Shown: positions 53,892 through 64,000 of the stretch, piece after piece
Layout: the number at the start of each line of letters is the position of its first letter
How positions within the stretch are numbered: position 1 is the first letter of the stretch
Notes under the pieces: model-generated
What the model was told of the DNA's origin: nothing
What the model saw: only the letters and a program-made list of their open reading frames with translations
The model's database searches: none
Assembly: GCA_040954595.2 (NCBI GenBank)
Contig: CM082595.2
Location: 6,412,137-6,476,136, forward strand
DNA from: Balanoglossus misakiensis
Taxonomy: Eukaryota; Animalia; Hemichordata
Length of the DNA stretch: 64,000 bases
Reading direction: 5' to 3'
Program-made: the position numbers and the translations under genes

Positions 53892-54848
53892 CCCCCCCCC
53901 CTTACTTAGACATGCTAGTTTCTACAATCACGTGATATTTTCCAGTGTAAAGTATACTTCTCCGCGCGTCTCCCGGATGTAACACAATTGCGCGTGTTCA
54001 CCTCGCGCCAGTCGCATTTCTCGATACAAACTTGTGCAACTTGAGAACCGCTGAGTTGTTCGTCAATTGCCGTGGTTATTAACCCCACTGAACTGCCTGA
54101 CGTATGCCGCTCGACACGATCATAACAATCTCAGAAATTCATCTAAATTGCTAAATCCCTTATTACAATACTGAATGCATTCATGCATGCATAGGTAAGC
54201 GGGCCTGCCAAAAACAAAACCGGTTCCCCATGGAAGATTGCTGAAACTAAAATCAAATGTCTCACTTTGCAACCGTGTTCGGTAGTAAATCGATAGAGAC
54301 ACACATAATTTTGTCTTTGTCCTATGTTGAAGTTGATAATTTGGGAAAATAATATGATTGGGCTAATTACTTTGCTGAAAGCTTACTTCAAGTCAGCTGA
54401 AGTTTCTTAATTGTGGTTTTCAATTGCAGTTTTTCCGGTACATGAGTTATATTCAGTTACATTTAACGAATTTCACATTCTTTGCGGGTATGCATCTCAG
54501 TTGTCTTCTACTTAATCCCCCCTCCTCCAGCACATTAATCTTTTTCATTATTTGTCATAAATTCCTCCTGGCAACAAGCATAAGCCATATCACAGCGTTG
54601 GTGATAATACTCTCTTTCCTTAGTTAAGTATTGTTTCTTAGTATGTCAACATTTCTTTATTTCCTCTCCCGGAGAATGACGTTGGTTAATCACACTAATT
54701 GCCTACTAGTTGTCCCACTGTTGACCCCAGTGTATATGATCCCGTTCATTTGTAGACATTTCTACGGCTGATCATCATCATTGTGTGAATTTTTACAAGT
54801 AACCCCACATGTACAGTTGTGATATATCAGATACATGCAGATATCTAA

Positions 54849-55161
54849 TATTATATTATACCAGTATATTGATGGTGTAAATCACGCTATTTGATTGGTC
54901 GAGACACGACACGTGACCATGATATATTAGCCATATACCACAGTCATATATCATAGTTAAAGAAAATGCCTTTTTAAAATGTTTTATGCAAAGTTTCAAT
55001 ATACTGGCATAATATAATAGCAATAAAACACCCCCAGCCATGGTATACCACTCGATTTTGACCAGTTCAACTCCATATACGCACTCGCTATCGCTCGTGC
55101 GTATATGTCGTGAACTGGTCAAAATCTCGTGGTATACCATGGCTGGGGGTGGTTTATTGCT
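54849..55161. mobile_element. Palindromic non-autonomous DNA element with two adjacent stem-loops
   Basis: A 24-bp inverted repeat (54849-54872 / 54996-55019, 1 mismatch) is followed by a near-perfect ~143-bp hairpin at 55019-55161 (AGCAATAAA..CCCCCAGCCATGGTATACCAC..GATTTTGACCAGTTCA..CATATACGCAC / GTGCGTATATG..TGAACTGGTCAAAATC..GTGGTATACCATGGCTGGGGG..TTTATTGCT). Confidence 0.8.
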
Positions 55162-56415
55162 TAAGTGAATACTAGTACAAGAATATATCATCAAAATAAA
55201 GCACAAAGCTACAAACAAAGAGTTTCCAACAAAAATAGTGCACCATGACCTTTTCAGCATGTGTTAACAACTTTGCAACGATTCGATCCTTTTCCTGGAA
55301 ACGTATCCTACACCCCTTTAATCTAGAGCTTTTCTTGCGTTGGAAGTTGGAATAGAAGTCATGGAGTAGCCTGTTATTTTCCTGAAATGCTGTTCTTTCA
55401 AAATGTCATCTAAATAATGCCTGATTTTACGTATATACTCGTGGGGAGGCCGCGGGCAAGCAGGCAGGCAGGTATATATACGTAGTTGTGTGGGTGTATG
55501 GGTGGGTAAGGATGTATACATATCTATGTATCTATCTATGTATATGACTGTACATGTATTATTTAATTTATACTTTTATGACACTTTCTGGTATACACCA
55601 TAATTTGTTTAGACCATAACTTCAGATTGGCTCAAACATGATAGACCAAGGAACCATGGAACCACACTATCATCTTAAAATTTAGCAGTTTCAGTAAGCA
55701 TCAGAACACAATACTTATGTTCGTGAAAGCGATTTTGTTCCTTTAGATATTTAAGAGCAGTTTCAATCATATGAAAATGTAGAATGTTTTACAATATTCA
55801 TTAATATTTTTAAGTGTTTTCATCGTGGAAAGAATCTGAAACATTAAGATTGGTAATTAGGCGGGACGAATGTCGGTTGTAGGTTAATGTTCACTGTTGT
55901 TTTAAACCCAATAATCAGTTTAGCATAGGCTGACGTCAAAACCTGTCAACGAGTACGGGGAAGTAGACTGCATATTTCTCTCTCCGCCTTCTCTACGAGG
56001 CATTTGGGACTTAGCGTTCTAGTTGCAGAAACACGACTTCGACTAGCCGAATAACTCAGCCCTATGGGAGTCGTGGGGGACCGTTGGTGGTTTTTACCAC
56101 AAAATAAATATCGTTAAAGTTAACAGCCTGAAATGGTCCAATGGGAGACGTGGTCTTAAACGGGCAAGTGCTATGTCTTGGGCATTTCTGTAGACATTGA
56201 GACACACTTCTTTCATGGATAAACGATAGACCTGTTGTCAGAAGCAAGTCACTGGTTAAATGCACAATTTTAAGAAAATCTACATTTTAAACCCAAACAC
56301 GTTTTCTTCCTAGATTTTAACGTAACGTTTTCTTATTCTCTGATTTGGTGCGTACGGTTATCTGTACACAGGTCAGTAACAGTTCCGCACATACTCAGTG
56401 AGGGTCGTCTGAACT

Positions 56416-56683
56416 TTTCTGTTTATGAACACACCAACTTTTTTCCAACTGTTCAGGGAGACCCTGCCAACCAATACATGTTATATCAAAGTAAACTGAA
56501 AATGTGATAACAAGTAACGACGCGTTGTTTACTATGACATGCAGTGTTATACAAATAACAACCACGTTGTTTGCAATGGTGTACATTATAGCGGCTGCAC
56601 TTTGTGCCTTATTTTACTTGCTAGCAACTGCGTTGTATGGGACCGATACAGGCAGCCATAGATGTGGGGACACCCTCCTTTTG
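56416..56683 (+). repeat. Dispersed repeat copy A (~270 bp), homologous to 60911-61183 in inverted orientation
   Basis: Shared blocks such as GTTCAGGGA.ACCCTGCCAAC.AATACATGTTATATCAAAGTAAACTGAA.ATGTGATAA and GCTAGCAA.TGCGTTGT.TGGGACC.ATAC. The spurious ORFs at 56504 and 60811 are visibly similar for this reason. Confidence 0.85.
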
Positions 56684-57344
56684 ATTAGAAGAACAGAGAA
56701 TGCCAGCTCAATTTGCATTTATACAATTGTCACACGGGCATCATGATCTCTTGAGCTGGGCAGTTTGTTACATTAAATCTTAAGTTGTTAACCAACTTCC
56801 TGAACCAGACGTGAAACACAAAAACGCCTTTTTCAACGACATAGTGTCCACATCAATATGATTTTCTCCTCACCCGCCGGTAAAGGAAGCAAGACTACCG
56901 CTCGAAATTCGCACAATACAAAGCTTTGGTATCCTTCTTGAGAAAAGTATATAGGTGTTTTTTTCCTTCAGGCATTTGATCGATTTTTCTGACGCGGGAA
57001 TTTCTTATCATTAGCTATCCCCTGTTGAAGACGTTCAACAACACAGTTTGCAGCAGTAGCAGACAAAAGGAAGCCTATAGATATTTTGGAATAAGGATTT
57101 TCGAGTCGACATTTGAATGACTTCATTATACTGGGCTTTTAGGTTATTGTACATTTTTACAAGGCTGCAGTGGCGCCTTATTGGTAAGCACTTTCAAAAA
57201 AGTTGCTTGTTTCGGATCCATAACTTTAAGTCGTTACGTACTTGAACGAGTGAGTATTATATGAATACATAATTGAGTCTTGTGGTCAGGTAACTGTAAT
57301 CCACAATAAGCAGACTAAAGCCAAACTTAGACTGAAAATACACA

Positions 57345-57615
57345 CAGGAAATGACGTATTGTCGTGTCTGTAAGTGCGCATTAAGATGAGTCATCAGATG
57401 AAAGTTCTTTTCCCTGCGTGTGTGCATTCAGCGCGCGCGAACTGTGAACTGTATTGACGCGCAAGAGAGCTGACGTCAAAACAAACAACAGTCGACGCCA
57501 GTGGCTGGTATTGATTTGTGTATTTTCCAATTACTGTCGGTGACAGTCATTGTGGTTCGTTTATGATTCGACCGGAAGTTGAGGCGTATGGATATTCATA
57601 CGCATAAAGGTGAGT
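57345..57615 (+). promoter_or_regulatory. CpG-enriched motif cluster (AP-1, CRE, ETS) ending in a strong splice donor; possible non-coding first exon
   Basis: TGAGTCA ~57388, TGACGTCA ~57471, CCGGAAGT ~57572 and AAG|GTGAGT at ~57610. Confidence 0.3.
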
Positions 57616-60600
57616 TAACATAGCAATTAGCGCCATTAATTTAATCCCATTGCGTCGTGAGTCTAAATTGATGTCACACTTTAAACCTAGCCGGACACTC
57701 AAAAAGGTTTATTGTTTAATCAAAATGTTGGCAGATTTAATTTGCATAAACTCATATTTTCGAGAAGAATGAGGGCTTTTGATCATTGTAGTGGGCGGGG
57801 CGTTTAGGAGGATGCGGTGATTGTGAAAGGCGGACGTTGTCTTTGTTCCGGTTTTTGGTTCGTGAGGTTTAAATAATTAGTTTGCAGTTCAAAGTAATTT
57901 TAAATGAGGGGACTACTCAAAATTTAAAATATATTACCATTTTTCTCATTTTTAGATATATTATACACCAGTAAATTTTTAAAACAAAAATAAACAGAAA
58001 ACAGAGTATTCCCATTCTACTTTTTCAATTAGCTGATCTAACACATGAGGTTAAATGCTGAGTCAGCACTTTTCCTGCTTCTATAGTTTCTCTAGAAACA
58101 TCTTAATAAAAATCAAACATGGTGACATAATGTTTCATTTATATCGTTAGACAAAGCTGCTTGTTCGGTACCTTTCGCGAAAATTTTAAGAAATTGACAA
58201 TATTACAAAATATTTTCCCAAAATTATAGATATAAGGAATGTGATAACCACGCACTACTTCTGGGTAGTTCCCTAGCTTGTATAACATGTATACGCATTG
58301 TAGATACTGTGTAATTACCTCCCATTTGTTCTGGCCATTCTCGAAGGAATACTATTCAGTGTGTCTGCACGATACTGCATTACATCACTATTTCCAATTT
58401 ACTGTATACAAATGGTTATAGCACGCTATTTTTCATGGTATGAAACCAGCCTTTTCATACCAATGGCGTACATGTGTACCGCAACGCTTTTAGCAAAGAA
58501 TACAATACCAGAAAGGTGTTTCCAAAATATTCAAAGTTATGCGTGCCAAAATAATGTGACATTTATGCAGGCTTATAACCGATAGCTATTATCCTTCACT
58601 TAATATATATATAAACACATTCCATCTATGTATAAGGTGGAAACAAGTGGTGACGTTTAATGAAAATGGGGGTGTTTCTCTAATTTTGACCGCATTGTTG
58701 TACTTTTTTTGGTGCGGAATTGCACGATGCTTTGCTGACTGTTCATTATTCCGAAATCTAATTTCGAAGTTATGTGTTTATCGGTTATGTGTTTCCATTA
58801 AACCACTGTTCTACATTATCGGATCATTGACACGAGCGGACACTGCGGTTCATCTGAAGCCATTACTCGAAATAATTCGTCCTCATCCGAAGGATTGCGA
58901 TGAGTTTCACAGTAAGAGGATTACATAGGTGTAACCCTCTTTTGTTTTCTGTTGCGATTGTAATACAGAGCATACATGTTCAGCCAGATGAGCTGATAGA
59001 AAACACAGATATTTAAATAATTATAACACTTTCGGAAGCAAGTATGTTTTACTGAAATCGATACTCCACTTACGTTATCATGTTATTAAATAACGTGCGT
59101 AAGTAATGTAACACGCGAAATAGTTCGCCAGAATATCATTACAATGCCTAATTGATACAGGTCAGTAAGGTCACCTAATGTTTACTTAAAATTATTTTTC
59201 CACGTCATCGTAACATCTGAATCCAGTGATGTAATTTTCCAAGAGAAGTCCTCACGGCATGCAATTGTAACATTTAAGTTGGGTTAGGAAATGTATCAGA
59301 AAATGTCCAGGATCATCGCAACAAAATTCAATCACATATGGAAGATTGTTTCTGTGTGTGGTTGTAATTGTGTCAAAAAGAACAGTATATGTAACATCTG
59401 GTTCATGTTTCAATATTCATCAACTGTTCTTTCTTGTTCTACTGTATGCAATGCTAGAAACGCGCAGCATCACATTGTCAGCATGTGACATGTGACCAAT
59501 AAATTCAGGTCCGGACTTAAATTGTGTTTTCAACATCAGCAATGTTGACTGTACAAACTTAACATGTGAGTTGATAAGCTGTGTCATGCTGTCCATAGAA
59601 ATGAATATTTGGGCTAATAGACCACGAAAATGCAGGTCACACACAGTAATGACAGTAAAAACACAGAATAAAAAGTTACAGCTAATGGAGTTCTAAATAA
59701 GTCCAGTAATGATTTACTTGATTTGATTCCTCCACATGGTAGATACCACATAAAAAGTCATAAAAACTATGTCGTTCTGTCCAGTTGAATTAAAATCGCT
59801 TCAAATAGCACCAACTGAACGTTTCCTTCATGCGTTAATTTTCAAATTGACGATCAATCAGAGATACTATAAAGGGGTTCTAGTAGCTATAACACTCAAC
59901 AAAGTGTAGCTTTTCACAGAAAGTGAAAACAAGTCATAATGAAAAAAGTGATAATTTTTATGATCACGTCTCTTTAACGCCTTGGTCTCATCACCCTAAC
60001 CGGTTTTATGATACAATAAGTGTTCACTACTAGAACCTTTTCACCCACTTGTATAGAAGTATTTACAACACTCTTGCTTATTTCTTCTGACATGCCAATA
60101 ATTCACCTGGGTTATTTTTACTTGGTGAAATGATAGTTTCTCTTTCCCGCACATGCTATTTTGTTCCTCCAAAGATGAGGTTTTGTTGATCCCCGGCTAT
60201 ATTCGTTCCACTCGACACGGGCAAAGGGATTATTCTTGATGACGACACCGTATCTGTTTCGATGTTCGAGCTAAGTATCGAGGAGATTTATGGGTGCTAC
60301 TAGAAATTGTTTCCACTCCTTTATTGCGACAAAAACGTATGGAAGTGCCACACATTTCCATCGACGACTGTAACCTTTTACTTGAAGATGACAGAACAGA
60401 TACCCCGGGTAATTGCTCGCCGACACGGTCGGGGCTTTTGTCGATCATGAATAAAAGTCCCCCATTGCTAAATTGGAGCTAATAGTGACCTCGGACCCAA
60501 TATCGCTTATTACTGGCTTTAAGTGCCTCCGATTTTGCTGTGTAATTTCACATCGGGGTGTATGTCAAAGCTGAGATCCCCCGGCAACATAATTCAAAGG

Positions 60601-60910
60601 TTTATGATACCGATAATTCACAAGGCAATATGAAATACTCACAAAAGGTTAAACCGAGAAGTGTGTAAACAGAACATGATTTTGATCTCAAGTCGTTGAC
60701 AGACCCCATGAAGTCATGTACAGTACTCACTGGTGCTGTAAAAATATGCACCATGCAGTTTTCACGGGGATTTTCTGTTACATTCTTCGTTTCTTCTATT
60801 GGCGCGAAGTTTATTGGTGGCTTTCAATCCTGTTGACTATATGGTACATGACTTTCGCTGGCTTTATCAACTGAGAGGAAGGGATTGTGATGACACCACT
60901 GTGTGTCGTC

Positions 60911-61183
60911 TTTAAAGAGAAGGTGTCGCCCCGTCTGCGGCTGCGGGTATGGGTCCCACACAACGCAATTGCTAGCCAGTCAAAGTAGGTGCAAAACATA
61001 ACTGCGACAATGTACATAATTGCAATAATGTAGTTTTTACTTTGTATTAAGATGAACGTCATGGTAAACAATGTGTCGTTACTTTTTATCACATCTTCAG
61101 TTTACTTTGATATAACATGTATTAGTTGGCAGGGTGTCCCTGAACTGTGGGAACAATGCTGATGGTGTGTTTGTACACAGAAG
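60911..61183 (-). repeat. Dispersed repeat copy B, beginning at TTTAAAGAGAAGG (possible TTAA-target DNA transposon end)
   Basis: The reverse complement aligns by eye with 56416-56683. Confidence 0.85.
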
Positions 61184-61898
61184 AGTCGCACATGTGCAGT
61201 TCAAGCGACCGTCCCCATCTAAAATAATAAATGAAAAACCAATGAGCCTAACTCTAGAATTGGTCCACACAGACGGCTTGATCTGTGTCAGTAACGGATC
61301 AGGAAATACAATGAGATTCCGAGAATATTTGGCCCACATCATTTTTCTCACAGGGACACAGTAGCGTGTTGTGTTGCCAAATTAACAATGTTCCTATAAT
61401 TCCATATATGTAGTTCATATTCATATTTAAGCTGTAGATAGTCGGTGACTATGTGTTCAATCAGCTAATATAATACAGAGCGTCACGCTGATAAATATTT
61501 CAATATAGTAAAAGCTTCCAGCATCAGTAAGCCCCGCACATTGAATGACTCTTTCACAAGTTCCATCTTCAAGCAAACGCAGGAAGTTCTATCCCTTGGG
61601 GTGATGAATTGATTTTAAATCTTCTTTGAACGAACGAACGAAGACCTTGAACCATGGAGCAGGGATTTTTGTACGATCACCGAGTTAGAAAATCTCTCCA
61701 AATCCAGTACAGTGAACAAGACTATCCAGTTCTGTTCCATGAATTGAATGGTTGAAGCCTATCTTTTTTACGCTAATCTTAGTCCAAATATATCAGTAAA
61801 ATTAATGGGTAACACAGTAAAACATCAAACTTTCACTCTCCGGCGCATGCGTACAACTTGTCATGGAGGATTACAGTTTGTCATTCTGTTTTTCTTGT

Positions 61899-62030
61899 TT
61901 AAGGTAGTGCGCGCCTCGGGGACAGATTTTCAAAAAAAAAATATTGAACTCCAAACTGTTCAATTCTTAGCTATATTGAAGTTTGTCAGGAGTCTTTTTG
62001 AAAACAAAGAAGAAACATAGCGTTCCCCCA
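61899..62030 (+). repeat. Dispersed repeat starting TTAAGGTAGTGCGCGCCTCGGGGACAG (likely non-autonomous DNA transposon end)
   Basis: Homologous to 10798-10917 and begins at a TTAA. Confidence 0.7.
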
Positions 62031-63054
62031 TTTTCTTTCATAAAGATCGCCACTTGAATTTTTTCCATGGAGTTAACACAGAGTTAACACACAGACGGCG
62101 GCCATTTTGAGTTTCAGAGACAATTTCGCTCTCTCATACAAAATTTCGCTTTGCTACTATTCCCTCCCTTTGAAGACAGTCATAACTGGAAGGCCAGTAT
62201 TCTTAAACTCATCGTTGCAATATAAACCCAATAATATCAAATAACTGTAAAATAGAGCAACAGTCGGATCATTTTATTAAACTCGTCGTGCAATCAACAC
62301 CACGTGTACACTTACTACAGGGTCAGCCTCGCGCATTCTTCTCGAATCCACACACATCAGAATCAAAATGTTCCCACACATGCAAGGCATCACCGCATGC
62401 AGCCAAAACGATGACGCGGAGAACAAACAGATAATGGACATTTGCCGACGGACATATCGATTGAGAGTCAAATTCGGGAGTCACTCCTTTTCTCTCCATT
62501 GTATAGCCGCAGTGTTGCTGGTTGCCGTAATTCTCAGAACCAAATTATGTCTTTTGTGTAACCAACGAATTCGACACAGTCAAACGGCATATTTCATTAT
62601 GACACCGTACCTTATTTCTATTTATACAAAACTAAATATCAACCTCGCATTACTTTGGAAGTGAAACTCGAAACGATCACTATAATGTCTTTATTGTTTT
62701 CTCAGTTCATATCAAAATAGTGTATTGATATTGAATTTTACAATATCTGTCGATTTAAGCCCGTCGCGTTGACTACAACATGTAGCGCACGGCAAATGGC
62801 GTCCATTGGCGTTTTCAGGCGGGGGCGATCAAATTAAATGAATCAATTCTTTGGTAAGCGTTAACTTGAAATTTCAAATAAATAAATACACTGAATTTGA
62901 AGAAACTGCATGACTTTAATGGGGGAAAATGAAACTAAACGTTTCCTTGTCAAATGTAGTAGTCATTCTCCAGTTCTTTTGAACAATTTAAGAATTCAAA
63001 TTCAATGATAGGCGATTTTCTTAGCATGTGGGCGCAGAGACCGGTAAGATTGGC

Positions 63055-63215
63055 AGAGGGAAAGAGACACAGAGGGGGAGGGGGAGACAGAGAGAGAGAC
63101 AGAGAATGAGACAGACGGACAGAAAGAGAGAAAGAGAGAGACAGAAAAGACAGGAAGAGAGAGTGAGAGAAAGACGGAAAGACAGAAAGACATAGAGAGA
63201 ACACTGGAGAACAAG
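63055..63215. repeat. GA/GACA-rich low-complexity tract
   Basis: Direct reading; explains the S/L/F-rich minus-strand ORFs. Confidence 0.9.
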
Positions 63216-64000
63216 GAAAACTGTCACCGCTATCCCTACCCTTGCATGTCAGACAGGAGGAGCGACACATAGGCCAGACAGACCGACTGATCTCCCTCGC
63301 CTTCAATAGTCAAGCCCGCCTCTTACTCGTCGCCGAAGGTATAAAAGCGTTGTTTGAAGAACTTAAACTAAAAAATACAGTGCCAAAAATAAGAATAAGT
63401 ATCGATTTCATAGGCCGTTTCGGCGTGACTGATAGCCGTATTTAAACTTAAACTCCTGCTTCAGCGAATTTATATTGCTGATTTTACTTGTAGACACTTT
63501 TTGGGTAAATACTTCATAAACGACAAAGGCAATTACAGCTGCCGTCGTTACAGTATGCAAAAGTTCACCAAATTGCTTGGAAATGGAATTTTCTATTAGG
63601 AATATCCACTTTTAGAAATTTAAACCATTTGTTAACACTGCTGCTATAAATTTTCCTGTCCCCGATTGGCCATTAAAATACAGCAATTACACCAGTCGGC
63701 GATTATACGGCCGTATAGTTAAGGCTTGCGGTGACTGTGTAGGATCATTAGACCAACGCCTGTAGGTTGAGGTATTTAGTGTCTAACGTCTGAATATAGC
63801 TTTACGCTTTCCCGTGGGGTAAAGGTCTTTCTGATCGTAATCGGGGTTATCATTAGTGCGAGCCATAAAATTTACGTCTCGTTCGCCGCTCTCTGCATGC
63901 GCACGCACGCAGAAAAAAAAACAGACAGCCAAGAAAAAGAACGCGAAACAGGGCATAGTCCTCTATACATACGGCATATCCACAACATATGCACAAAGCG

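Noticed and set aside
56504-61092. Similar hydrophobic ORFs at 56504 and 60811 as paralogous membrane proteins
   Set aside because: The similarity extends outside the ORFs at the DNA level and both lack ATG starts, so they are copies of a dispersed repeat.

Overview
AT-rich, gene-poor eukaryotic (animal) genomic DNA. GT-AG splice signals, GATA/TACA microsatellites and many short inverted-repeat elements suggest a marine invertebrate; an ambulacrarian such as a hemichordate is a guess, not shown. One protein-coding gene is well supported: a two-exon, minus-strand secreted neuropeptide precursor. A 69-nt signal-peptide exon (22837-22769, MKILLVLSLACVIFVTKA|DEEKA), too short for the ORF track, splices in phase 0 over a ~9.6 kb intron to a large exon (13206-11761), giving a predicted 504-aa prepropeptide. 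It encodes 25 identical copies of AKPDFGVGGFDVL-G-K[KR] (predicted AKPDFGVGGFDVL-amide), one two-cysteine peptide (SQPCFDFQLETIGFYCRGT-amide) and short spacer peptides. I do not recognise the precursor as a described family. The repeated peptide resembles the N-terminal half of starfish pedal peptide/orcokinin-type SMP, and the Cys peptide ends in C-R-G like elevenin and echinoderm MCH-like peptides. The rest of the window is microsatellites, MITEs/palindromic elements, dispersed repeat fragments, a probable decayed non-LTR retrotransposon, a possible decayed SGNH/PC-esterase-like pseudogene and a few promoter-like motif clusters. Almost all other ORFs in the track look spurious.
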